The notes under the pieces: generated by a model | Told to the model about the DNA's origin: nothing | Database searches by the model: none | The model's input: the letters and a program-made list of their open reading frames with translations, nothing else | Assembly (NCBI RefSeq): GCF_006345805.1 | Contig: NC_043012.1 | Coordinates: forward strand, 35,836,001-35,900,000 | Length of the DNA: 64,000 nucleotides | Reading direction: 5' to 3' | DNA from: Octopus sinensis | Lineage: Eukaryota | Part shown: positions 38,480-51,185 of the stretch, piece after piece | How the letters are laid out: the number at the start of each line of letters is the position of its first letter | How positions within the stretch are numbered: position 1 is the first letter of the stretch | Position numbers and translations under genes: made by a program

Positions 38480-39560
38480 CTTATGACCCTCTTCCCAGAT
38501 TTGGTTTTGTTAATAATTTTGGCAGAGCTCTTTCTATTTGCCATGATATGGGTTCATCTGGTGTCTCAATTAAAAATTTATCTAAATGTTTTTTGAGCAC
38601 ATCCATGTCTACCTCCTGTTTTGACAAGGTATTGAAAAGCTGTGGGTTCTTGGACCCTAAGCTGTTACAGTATTGACTTGTTACTTCAGCTAGAGAGGCT
38701 GGGATCTTTGGTACTCTGCACTGATGTTGAAACTGAAAGTTGTTATAGCTTTCAATCCCCAAATTAGCTGCTAGATCCTTCAGGTGTGGCTGTGTGGTAA
38801 GAAGTTTGTTGCACAACCACATGGTTCCGGGTTCAGTCCCACTGCATGGCACTTTGGGCAAGTGTCTTTTACTACTTCTTCGGGTTGACCAAAGCCTTGT
38901 GAGTGGATTTGGTAGACAGAAACTGAAAGAAGCCCATTGTTCATATATATATATATATGGGGTGGGTGGGTGGGTCTGTGTTTGTCCCCCACTACTGCTT
39001 GACAATTGGTGGTTGTGTGTCTTTTGTCCCTCTAACTCAGCAGTTTGGCAAAAGCGACTGATAAAATAAGCACTAGGCTCGATTTATTTGGCAATAACTC
39101 TTCAAGGCTGTGCCCCAGCATGGCCACAGTCTAATGACTGAAACAAAAGATAAAAGATATATATATATATAAATATCACTGCATATCTTTTGTATCTTCT
39201 CTCTCTGGGGAAGAGAGTCTGAATTCTTTTAACCTTCAACACTCGCTCATCTATTGCACAAATGCAATTGCTTTACTTTGGGTTGCCTCAAGTTTTGCTG
39301 TCAGTTTAACACTTGGTGGGGACCATAATAGGGACCAGTAATACAGATCATTGGAAATGAATGTTCTCATTCGGGCCAACATAGTTTTCACTTTCCTGGT
39401 TGTGAATGATCTCAGAATATCCAACCAGCCAGTTCTTTGCACAGTGTTACCATCAAAATAATATGCATATGGAATGATGCATCATTACTCATGTGGATTC
39501 TCAGGTCATAGCCCTACTGTGAATCTAGGATTACAATACCAGCTGCTCTTGCATATTCTT
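38480..39560 (-). mobile_element. CR1/L2-type LINE 3' portion interrupted by a family C SINE (38781-39165)
   Basis: Minus strand: DLRIHMSNDASFHMHI, GWLDILRSFTTRKVKTML...YWSLLWSPPSVKLTAKLEATQ, ERRYKRYAVIFI | SINE | NLGIESY...CRVPKIP...YCNSLGSKNPQLFNTL...LDKFLIETPDEP. Confidence 0.8.
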
Positions 39561-39722
39561 ACTGCATTCATTTATGAACTGGTTGCAGGACCCTTCAACA
39601 TTTTCAGCACTGAACTGCTTATGGTCTTCTTCAGGTCTTTCTGAAGATTTCTCTTATCCTCAGCCTGTGATTCCCTTCTGTCATCAGCATTGCTGGTGAA
39701 AATGGCTGATTATATTATAAGA

Positions 39723-40121
39723 CTAGCAGTATCGCCCGGCGTTGCTCGGGTTTGTAAGGGAAATAACTATATAAGCATTTTTAGAGATGTAAAGTATAAA
39801 AGCCATCTCAATATGGCTAACCACAAAGGTGGGGGTGTTACTGTAGCTTTTTACGTTCTGAGATTTAATAATAAATTTTTAGAGAGTTACTTCCTTATAT
39901 ATGCCAAAAATGCATTAAAAATGGGAAAAATTGATGGTAAATTATTTTTAAAATTGTAGACTCATCGTAGACGCGCGCTAATACCCAGAAGGGCTCGATA
40001 TGAATCACGACTATAAGATACCCGGTTTTGGTTAAGCTGCACCGCAAAATGTGGGAGTAGTTAGGAATCTAAATCGTAGGAGACAGACAGCACACAACCT
40101 CTCTTTTATATATAAAGAAGA
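39723..40121 (-). mobile_element. Complete non-autonomous Helitron (399 bp)
   Basis: Minus strand: A|TC at the 5' end (40121), subterminal hairpin CCCGAGC-AAC-GCCGGG, 8 nt, then CTAG|T at the 3' end (39723); inserted at an A-T dinucleotide without TSD. Confidence 0.85.
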
Positions 40122-40362
40122 TATGGAAAGCAGGTACACGGTTAAAATCCAAGCTGTGTCCTCTTGAGGAACATTTGCTTATTCCAGTATTCCAGATACA
40201 TTTTGTGTAAGTTATATATAAGAGTTAAAAAATACTGGAAAATATTTTCTGTAGAGTAAGAATATCAAAACATGATATTGAGAAAATTTTGGTATTATTT
40301 ATTCATCATTCAATGGTAAATAAATAATACCAAGAAATTTCTCAATCTCCTGTTTCAGCATA

Positions 40363-40403
<41 letters not shown>

Positions 40404-40492
40404 CAACAATTGAGGGTAAAATTAATTAATTAATCAATTTCACCAGTATTCAGTATGCAAAGGGACCATTTAAGGCGAATTCAAATTATTAC

Positions 40493-40567
40493 ATTATATA
40501 AAAGGGCTTAGTAAAATAAATTACTTTGCCGCAAAGTAATTTATTTTACTAAGCCCTTTTATATAAT
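40493..40567. repeat. Perfect inverted repeat: 37-bp arms, 1-nt spacer
   Basis: ATTATATAAAAGGGCTTAGTAAAATAAATTACTTTGC-C-GCAAAGTAATTTATTTTACTAAGCCCTTTTATATAAT; zero mismatches. Confidence 0.97.
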
Positions 40568-40569
40568 AT

Positions 40570-40604
<35 letters not shown>

Positions 40605-40780
40605 GGGAAGAGTTTACGAAAAAAAAAAGATGAAGACAGGTGGTGTACAAAACAAACAGATGTATTAGTATAATGCTCAGGAATAGAAAAAGTCTTTTAC
40701 GTTTCGAGCCTACGCTCTTCTACAGAAAGGGACACAGAAAAAACATGGTGAGAAAAAAATGTGTGTAGTGGCTAACGATA
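40605..40780 (-). mobile_element. Penelope-like element terminal (pLTR-like) fragment
   Basis: Contains the acgtttcg...ctcttc signature typical of PLE termini; bounded by (AT)n. Family assignment from recall. Confidence 0.55.
40694..40729 (-). ncRNA. Minimal type I hammerhead-ribozyme-like motif (PLE type)
   Basis: Minus strand CUUU-CUGUAGA-A-GAGC(GUAG)GCUC-GAA-ACGU-A-AAAG: stem I CUUU/AAAG, stem II GAGC/GCUC, palindromic stem III ACGU, GUA cleavage triplet; core has U in place of A6. Confidence 0.55.
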
Positions 40781-42034
40781 TATATACATATATATATGTG
40801 TGTATGTAAGTACATATATATTTTATATAGCTTCATTGGACTTACCTATTGAGTGAAGTATTGTGTAATTGTATATCTCAAATAATTCTGTATATTCCCT
40901 ATCATTTGATGTGGTTAGCCAGATTTGGATTGTATCAGAGTGCTAATAAGGTACCTGCCCAGATTCCAAATTCCTATTTATATTCCTATATATATATATA
41001 TATGTGTGTGTATATGTATATATGTATATATGTATATATACATATATACATATATATATACATGTATATATGTATATATGTATATATACATTTATACATG
41101 CATATATATATATGTATATATGTATATATGCTGATGTGGCCATGTCATAAGAAGTTTGCTTTCCAACCACATGGTTTCATGTTCAATCTCAGTGTGTGGT
41201 GCCATGGGCAGGTGTCTCCTGATGGAGTCCTTAGATGATTGGATTTGGTAGATAGAAACTGAAAGAAGCCCATCATATGTGTGTGTGTTACTGTCCCCGT
41301 GCTATGACATCGCATGATAGTTGTGTCACCATCACTCAAGTGGTTTCCATCATTTCCAGTCTTTTGTGAGAAGATGTTTCTCCAAGGAGAAAATATTTCC
41401 TTACTTGGAAACAGGTGAGGGTCAGTTACAGGGAGAGCATTCCGTTTCAATGAATTCTATCTGACCCATGCAAGCATGGAAAAGTTGATGTTAAAATGAT
41501 GATGATGATGATGATGATGATGATATATATATGTACATATTATTGAGAGGTTGAACCAATTTCATGTCATATATTACACACAGTCTACAGTTATAATGTA
41601 CACACACACACACACACACACACGCAAACAAACAAGCATACACACACATAAATGTATATACATGTACACACATACATATAGTTATATGTCTTTTTAGCTA
41701 ATTTTCTCTGGATTTAGCATTTTAGGGCCCTGGGTTGGGATCGTAGACCTTTTTTTTTTTTTTGAAGCAAAGTTTTACAGCCAGAGGCTGCTCCTAATTC
41801 TAACCATTTTAGTAATCCCTTACAGCACCTATGGAGAGCTGGAAAAAGATGAGAGAACAATTCAGCTTCTCCATCTACACAAACTTTTGCTGTCATCTGA
41901 AGAACGAGAACAAGAGAAAAGGAATAAAGATCTTTGGAATAAAGAAATTTCATCTTCCCAAAAACTATGTTACTCTGCCTCCTCTGTTGTGTACTTTCTT
42001 TTCTTGCTCCTGTTCACATTTGAGTGTCAACATT

Positions 42035-42088
<54 letters not shown>

Positions 42089-42141
42089 GTATGTATATTT
42101 ATATATGTGTGTGTTTGTGCATGTATATAGGTGCATATATA

Positions 42142-42180
<39 letters not shown>

Positions 42181-42705
42181 GCACACACACTCACACACAT
42201 ATATGTATATGTGTATATGTATATATATGTGAGTGCGTGTGTGTATACATATATATATTTATGCATATAGATATATATAAATACAAATCAAATATGTATA
42301 TGTGTGTATGCATATATATATATATATATAGATATATATATATATATATAATATATATATGTATATATATGTATGTATACACACACACACACATATATAT
42401 ATACATACACACACATATTCACATACCCATTCATATACATACACACATACATACATTTGTGTGTGTGTGTGTGTATCCTTATCCATGGACATAACTAAAA
42501 TACAGACGACTACAAATACAGGCATTAAACATCTCCAGCCATGAAATCATTAACCATTCTCATTAGTAGACCTTCAATCATAAACCTTAAATATTACAAA
42601 AAAAAAACCAACAAAAAAAACAACAAAATATAACCCGTAAAATTCCAGTACATTCCGGGTGCATCAACAGTTCGACCTCATTCCAAGTTATAAATATATT
42701 TGCAG

Positions 42706-42873
42706 CTCCAGGAATGGGTTTGCCACTTGTGTCGGAAGCGGAGAGTTTTGGTACTTAGCACCGGTCTTTGGTATCATGGGAGGCACCGCAACCCAGATTC
42801 TATAATCCTGCAGGTGATTGAATCCCAATGTCTGCTAGAGAAATCCTCACAAATAACCCAACAGATTCCATCC
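42706..42873 (+). CDS. Internal coding exon of a RIM/Piccolo/Fife/rabphilin-type Rab-effector protein (C-terminal half of FYVE-like zinc finger)
   Basis: Acceptor ttgcag (42705) or ctccag (42711), both phase 0; donor TCC|gtaagt at 42874. Open frame (LQ)EWVCHLCRKRRVLVLSTGLWYHGRHRNPDSIILQVIESQCLLEKSSQITQQIPS. The W-x-C-x2-C-R-K...G-x-W-[FY] pattern matches RIM (WVCNLCRKQQEILTKSGAWF). Exact orthologue not determined. Confidence 0.8.
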
Positions 42874-42929
42874 GTAAGTGAAAGGACAATTTATCAATTA
42901 GAACAAGCAACAAGTTTGCACAGTCTGCT

Positions 42930-42967
<38 letters not shown>

Positions 42968-43939
42968 TATCTGCTTGCATCTCCCTCTCTTTCTCTTATT
43001 TCTCTTTACCTTTGTCAGTGTTAAATATGTTTTGCATGCTTCCCATTCTCTCTCTCTCTCTCTCACTCAGTCTATCTATCTGCCTTTCTCTCTGTCTATG
43101 GATAGATAGATAGGAAGATAGAAAGATAGATTTGTCTGTCTGTCTTTATGACTGTCTGTCTGTTTGTCACTTCCTCTTGCTCTTTTATATTTGATACTTT
43201 TTTTTATTTTATTTTTACAATCTTTTTCAGTCTTATATTCTCTCTCTATCTCCTTCTCTACCTCTTCTTCCCCCTGGCAAGCCCCTCCTTCTCTGTCTGT
43301 CTCTCTGTCTCTCTCTCTATTCCTCTCTCTTACCTCTCTGTTGATAATCTCCCTCCCTCTTCCCCTCTTTGCTTTCTTCTCCATTTCTGTTTCCTCTCTG
43401 TTCTTTCCACTATATCCCTCTCTCTGTCTCTCTCTTTCTCTCTCCCCCTCTCTGTATATTCATATATACACGCATATATATGTACACACTCTCTCACACA
43501 TCCACAGACATCTCTTCGTCCCCCCCTCTCACAGTCTCTGTCTGTTTCTCAACCTCTCTTTCTTTGCCTCACTCTCTCCCTTCCTCCCTCCCACTATCTC
43601 TCACTCTCACTCTCACTCTCACTCTGTCTCATCTTCTATCTCTCTCTCTCTCTCAGTGAACACCCGCCCCCTACTCTAAAATGTGCATGTTTCATGATTC
43701 TTCACCAATAAACGCCATTGGTTATCTTATCTGATTGATCCCAATATATATATTTGATGACCGCTTCCGCAACATTACCAAACAAACCTCTCCTCTCCCC
43801 CATGCACACATGCACATAAATATCAATAAATGTACATACATTCACACACACACACATGTATGTGTATGTATGTGTGAATGTATGTATGCATACATGTGTG
43901 TATATGTGTGTGTATGTGTGTGTATATATATATATATGC

Positions 43940-43972
<33 letters not shown>

Positions 43973-46900
43973 TACTCATACATATATATATGTATATATG
44001 TATGTATTTATGTATGTATGTATGTAAATATATATATGCATGTATGTATGTATGTATATACATGCATACGCATATATCTAGCCGGTGCTATACAGACACT
44101 CAGTAGACCTCTTCCGATCACAAAGTTAGAATTCCTTAATAGAGATACTAATAATTAATAAAATTGTTAATGAGATAGATCACCTCCTTGCTCCCCACAG
44201 TTCTGAAACATATTTGCCTTAGTTCAAAATTCCACCGAGAACTCTCCCTTCCTCTGTGACTTACATGTATCAGTAACGACAAGATCTGACCCCCAATTTA
44301 GCACTTATGGAAAAGGTTGGGGTTAAGTAAACTAAGTCTATGGCCAATAGGGACCAAGTTGTGCTGTAGCCATTGTCCAACTCCCATCTACATTTCTGAA
44401 ATGGTTTTACTGCTAGAAAGAGTGAAATAGCCAGAGATTTTTGGCTCGTGTTCCTTGTATATCTGATTTCCACTTTGATTGGTCCGTTTCTGAAGACACT
44501 TGAAGAATAGACTTATTCTGAAAGAGAGTTTAGGGAAATAGAAATACCAAAGGTGCTATTACTAATCATAATTCAAATATTTTGCATTATTGCATAACTA
44601 TACCAGATAATATATACATATATATACGTAATTATATATATATATATATATTATATATATATACATATATTTTCAAAATGTGACAAGTGACCACACCCCT
44701 GACACACAGATGAATGATGGGTAAAAACGAAGATTGGTAAGTAAGGGTTACCCAAAAGATGCTGCTCTTAAAAATACTTCATAACAGAAAATAATTTCAT
44801 TATTTCAGCCAAACCAAAACTGTTCAATGACTCAAACCGGTTTTTTATCGAGCATTTGTCTTCTATTTTTTGTCGGCTTTTTCTTCTTCTTTTTCTTCTC
44901 TGTTTTAATTATATTTTTATTGTTTTTCAAGTATTTTCTTTGCTTGCATAAACCTAAGAAAGAAGAAGACATATTGATTTTCTTATATATCTTTGAAATA
45001 TACCAAACTCTCTGCTAATGGCACTGTAGTGGTGGTGGTGGTGGTGGTGGTGGTGGTGGTGGTGGTGGTGATGGTGTTGGTGGCGGCGGTAGTGGCGGCA
45101 GTTGTGGTGGCAGTAGGTGTCACTGGGGTCAGACTTGAGGTAGGACTGCTGGATATGTCAGACTCCAGGTCAGTATTAGAAGGGGTTTGGGTAACCCTGT
45201 GTGAGAGGGGTTGTATTTGTGGATGTATGTATGTGTGGTTGTGGACCAGTGATGTGTATGTGTATGTGAGTGTGTGTGTGTCAACAGTGGTCTGTGTGTG
45301 TATTGTGTATGTGTGTGTATTGTGTATGTGTGTGTTTATAGTGGTGTATATGCATATGTGTGTGTGTGAGTGTATATTATTGTGATGTTCTACAGTATAT
45401 ATGTGTAATGATGTAAGTTTGTATTGTGTATGTGTGTATGTGTAGTGACATGGATGTATTCATTTTTGTAGTTGATCTTGTTCAGCTCCAAGTTGACTCT
45501 GATCCAACAGAATATGACCTTAGGCATTCCAGCCATGGCCACTTCATCTATTTTTTCAGGAACTCTGTACTTGAGACTACATTCTCTAATGTGTCTCTTC
45601 TTTTGTTAGAAAAGTAGAGTGCGATTAGAAGGAGCAGTTGGAAGACCATGTAAAAGCTTGTTGGTGTCCATGGTGTTTGGGGCGGTGGTGATAGTTGCTG
45701 TCGCTTGTTGTTTAGCCCCAGGTCAACTGTAATTCAACTGACCTATAATCATGTCTCTTTTGTGTTTTTAAGACTATATTTTCGAATAAGTCCTTCAGTT
45801 GAGAAAATATTAGCTGCTATCTCTAGCAAGCTCATTGACTGCATAGAGGCTCCTTTAATAGAGTCTGCAGCAATGCTATGAGATATGTATGTAGGGATGT
45901 ATTGTAATGTGTGTGTGTCTAGTGTGTGTGTCTGGTGTGTGTATGTGTGTGTGTGTGTGTAGTGATGCCATGTGTGTGGGGTGTGCTTGTGTATAGTGAG
46001 CTGTGTATGTCTGTGTATGTAGGTATTCAGTCATTAACAAAGCAATTAATCAACCTAATTATTTATTTATTTCTCACCATTAGTCTGTGTTCACTTCCGA
46101 TCAATTCTCCAATCCATCACATCAGCCTCTGCTCTGTATTGAACCCTAAAACATTATCTTCACTGACTGAGAAGTAGTACAGTGAGATGTTATTATTCAT
46201 TCTTTTGTTATCCACGTCAATCATCCGGTAAAACTTTATTCAGCAATCACCACTCATTAAACTTCTACACTCTCTACTTCATCTGTCAATTCTACTTTAA
46301 TCTGTAATCCATTACTTTTAAATCTACCAAGTCACTGATTGATTGAAAGAGAGAGAGAGGGAGAGAGAGATAAATAGGAAGAGAGAAAGGGAGAGAATGT
46401 GAGAGAGGAGGGTGAGGGAGTGAGTGACAAGACTTTTGTGTATAATTTGACTGAGGGTTGAACCCTGGTCCCTGCTCCTAGAGATTTCAGCCTAAGTGTA
46501 AGTATGTTTCATGATGGAAGACACTGTATGTGGTTATCTTACCTGTACTAGAAATAGCACCTAAATTGCATTCTATGGTGTTAAATAAATAAAAACATGG
46601 AAGAGCATATTGTATTATACAGCCCTTGATACAATGTCTTAATTAAAAAAAAAAACAGGAGAGTCACATCTGGAACACCTTTGATGATGATTATGCTGGA
46701 TCAGGACTGATCTGATGGCAACAATATATGTTACATAATTTATTGGCCAATACAAAGGACATGAAATTCATTCGATTTATTTGTTAGAATGTAATTAGAA
46801 TGTCACAGGAAAATCTCACAAGATAGATTCTTGAAGCTGAGACAACCAGCAGGACATCTGAAGAGAGTTCCAGAAGGAGACAGTTGGATGATATCCACAG

Positions 46901-48382
46901 TCTCATTTGGTCATGCTTGGGAATTCAACTGGAAAGTGTAACTGGTTGCTTCTGAGAGGGCCCTACAGAGGAGGTGCCTGAGGGCTCTGACCCCTATGAT
47001 CCTCTCAGGAATAGTGGGTGGAAAAAATAGCTAGATGGAACTGGATTTGATCTCAGCATTGTTAGCATGAAACTATTTACCAATTTCCTCACAGTTGATC
47101 ACATCACCCTGTAGTTCTACTGTCTGTGAAATGGTAAATGCTGAGTAGCACAACCAGTCATTGAACAATGACAGGAATATCATAAGAGGGACCTATCTCT
47201 AATATCAGTTCACAGCATCTGCTTTTCCAGTATCTGTTCCTGAGGAGGAGATAACCACTCTGAAATGCATGTATCCAACAGCCTGGTTAGGGAATGCTGT
47301 AAACTGACTTGGTGTATCTACACCTATTTGTCTGCAACAAGAAGTTTTCTCCAAGACTAAAAACTGTCAGTGGCTTTCTTATGGATTCAAATATACCCCA
47401 AACATATTCGAACTGACAAGTATAAAGTATGTCTAAGGGGTTGATGGTAAAAGCAAGGAGCACTGAATAAATAAAACCTGTAGAGACCTGCAAGAAATAT
47501 GGTGAGCATGATCTGTTGGACGGGTCAAACTAACTTCTCTAAAGAGCAAAACCCTTAAGACATGAGAAAATAGTTGTGGTATTAAAGGAATCAGGTGAAG
47601 TATGAAGTATTTGTGATGCCAATGTGAGACAGGGAACGAGGCAGATCTGTTATGGTGGGAGAGAAAGGAGGCAAGTATGATCTTATGTCCACAGGAAAGA
47701 CAACTGTGTTGGTATTGGATATATCAGGAGAATGGATGGTAAATGTTAGGGAACTCTGTAGAGGAGGAAGATCACTAGAGTAGCTAGAGCGGGGTGAAGG
47801 GGGCAGTCCCCCTTGCGTGACACTTTTATGGGGGTAGCACCACTTTTGGCTCTGCTATATGCAATATGTATTTTAATTAGGGGCTCGGGGGAAGCAGACT
47901 GAAGGGCCACTCTGAGTGGCACACACTCTTGTCACACTAGTGAGAAAGATATGATGAGGTAAGATCTTAGGTTATTAATCCTCACAAAAGAAATAATAAA
48001 AGATTGATATATATGAAGAGATATAATATACAGTATAACTATGCTACCTGACTGATACCAGCGAAGAAATGGGTTGTTTGTTATCTATTTTGATGATTAC
48101 GATGATGTTGATGATGATGATGATGATGACATGATCTGCGTATGTTTAATTGTTTTACACACTGCACTGGCTCTACAGCTGTATCTGTGTGTAAAGGCAG
48201 ATGAATGTGAATAAAGCTGTTTTTGGCAATTCTAAAAACATGTTTTCTATAATCACATAGTGTGTCACAAGTGATCTAGTTGTACTAAATGTTGTCTAAT
48301 AATATTTTCTGGATGCTGTATGGGTACATAAGATTTTCATTATATATCTGTGTGTGTGTGTGTGTGTGGTTGTGTGTGTGTG

Positions 48383-48425
<43 letters not shown>

Positions 48426-49188
48426 TTATATACTATTATTTTATTTTACATACAGCTTGCATTGTAGGATGACTCCTTCATCAGCTGTCATCTGGAGATC
48501 ACAATGGTTTTGCCATCTTCAGATGCAGCATCTCTCCCTTTAGTAGCCCCAAGCAGTATTGATGCTACTATGTCTGGTTTATTTTGGTCCAAACTGCAAC
48601 ACAAATTTTTCTTTCTGTTTTATATATGTGTATACACACACACACACACACACACACATGACTCTATGGTGCTTAAGAAGTCCACATCACATCCACATGG
48701 GCTCAGACTCAGCCACACTTGCATGGCACTTCAGGCATATCTCTACTTGAAAAACAGGTCAGGTTTAGCAACAGGAAGAGCATCCGACTGACAAACAGTA
48801 ATCTGTGCTAGCATTGAAAACAGACATAAAATGTATGTATTATGTATCTCTGTATCTATGGATGTATGTGAGGAAGTAAGAGAGAGTTAGAGAGTATATC
48901 ATAATGTCTGTATGTGTGTATGTGTGTGTGTGTGTGTGTGTGCTTATGCCAAAACCATTTTCATATCAAAAAATGTGCTTACAATATCACAGGAGACATT
49001 ATTGCCATGTAACAGCATCCATCGATCTTTCAGTCTATCACCACCTTGACCACTATGAAGAAACAGTGAGGAGGAGGAGTGACACTGCACTATTCCCTTG
49101 GAATCAACCACTTCCACAGACTTTATCAACAACACCTTCATACCTGTTTATCAATATCAATTTGGCTTCTTTTTGTTTTCTGTTTCAG

Positions 49189-49236
49189 AGTCCCCCCAAA
49201 CAAGGGGAAACCGAAGAGAAATCAACTCCAAAACCT
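49189..49236 (+). CDS. 48-nt phase 0-0 exon (SPPKQGETEEKSTPKP), probably the same gene as 42706-42873
   Basis: Strong acceptor tggcttctttttgttttctgtttcag; donor CCT|gtaagt; 16 codons with no stop; same strand and phase as the upstream exon; no assembly gap between them. Confidence 0.65.
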
Positions 49237-49995
49237 GTAAGTAAATTCTTCTCATTATCTTCATTCTTTTATTCTTTTATTTATTTAGCATTTTTAAAAT
49301 TTTGTTTTATGTATTGTCTCTCATGATTTTGTTTGTTTTGTTGATTTTTTGTTTTGCAGTGATCTAGATTAAATCTTCCCTCAAAATTTCATGCTAGTTT
49401 CTGTCCCAAACACCAGAGTAATTAATGACAAACCTATTTTACTAAATTCTTCATTATTTACAAAATTAATTGAAACAAAAGCAGGGAATTTCAACAGAAA
49501 TATGGTTAACGAAAAGATTAAATCATTATGGACCCTAGTAGCAGTGTCACAAAAAATATGCCCCCCACCCACCCAGTCCACCGTCTGTAAAGCTGTTGGT
49601 GTTAGGAAGGGCATCATCCATTCAGCCATAGGAACCATACCAGAAGAGGCATTGGAACACGATGCAGTTCTTGGGGTCATTGGATCCGGTCAAACTGTCC
49701 AACTCATGACAGCATGGAACATGATGTTGATGATGGTTTTAGAGGATGGCAGGGTGGGGGAGCAGAAGCTATGACCGATTTGCAGTGTCTCTAAAAGTGG
49801 TGGAAGGAAAGGAGAGGAAGGTGTTACTTTGAAACCAGGGACTGGGTCTGAATGTTCGCAATAGTGGACACTGCCAAATGTAGTCACAGGTTAGGTGGTG
49901 GTGTTAAACTGGACAATGGATGAAGTCTGCCTCTTCTCACCATGAACAATCCTTGTGGTGAGTTTCCATAAACATCCTATCTATGAAATTTCACT

Positions 49996-50095
49996 NNNNN
50001 NNNNNNNNNNNNNNNNNNNNNNNNNNNNNNNNNNNNNNNNNNNNNNNNNNNNNNNNNNNNNNNNNNNNNNNNNNNNNNNNNNNNNNNNNNNNNNN
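49996..50095. other. Assembly gap (100 N)
   Basis: Run of exactly 100 n, a typical placeholder of unknown size. Confidence 0.99.
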
Positions 50096-50518
50096 TGTAT
50101 ATATGTATATATATAGATATATGTATGTATGTATGTATATATGCAGACAGATATGTGTGTGTGTATATGCATATGTGTGTATATGCATGTGTGTGTGTGT
50201 GTGTGAACTTACATAAATACAGTGCACATGTTATGCATGTTATTGCTGTGACCAGTTGTACATGTCTGTCTCATATCCATTATAAAATTTTTTTGCTAAT
50301 AATACCCTCATCACCACCACCGCCACCACCACCGCCACCATCACTCTCATCAACATTGTCATTGTTGTTGTCACTTCCACTATCACCACACACGTACACA
50401 CACACACACATGCACAGACACAAGTATGTATATATATGTGTGTGTGCGCGTTGTGTGTGTGTGTGTATGTATATGTGTGCTATGCATGGATATATATATA
50501 TACACATATAAATATATT

Positions 50519-50564
<46 letters not shown>

Positions 50565-50660
50565 CATATATATATTTATATATACATACATATATATATG
50601 TATATATATGTATATATATATAAATACATATATATATGTATGTGATGTTATGTATGTATG

Positions 50661-50727
<67 letters not shown>

Positions 50728-51185
50728 CACATATATATACATACAATATATATTTATAGTGAGATAAATAGATAGATAGATAGTTAGATAGGTAGATAGG
50801 ACAGGATAGATCTGTACATGTATGTATGGGTATTTGTGTGTCTATCTTCCTTTGATGTATTTTGGCAAAGGATGAACACATTAGTGAGAAAGCCAATAAG
50901 CCAGTCCTGTTTGACAAAAGTACTATGCAATATTTGTTCTGCACCAAGTAGCAGACACGCCTTTGTCAGTGTCACTGCAAGAAACACATTAAATCAATGA
51001 TTGATCTGTTGTAAACCTGTAACCAGCAATACAACTGTGATCTAAAGTAAAATAAAATAAAGCTGGCCGTGTTGTTTCAGGTCTCTGTTCATTCACTGAT
51101 GTCGTTTTTGTTCTCTTAAACACATTGGATGGAAATTGGAACACTTCAGGCTTGTCCATGTTCCAACACCCAACATTAATTAAAA

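Noticed and set aside
41823-41990. Plus frame GELEKDERTIQLLHLHKLLLSSEEREQEKR resembling the Rab-binding helix
   Set aside because: Only loose similarity, no good phase-0 donor, and it lacks the three CxxC pairs needed before the 42706 exon.
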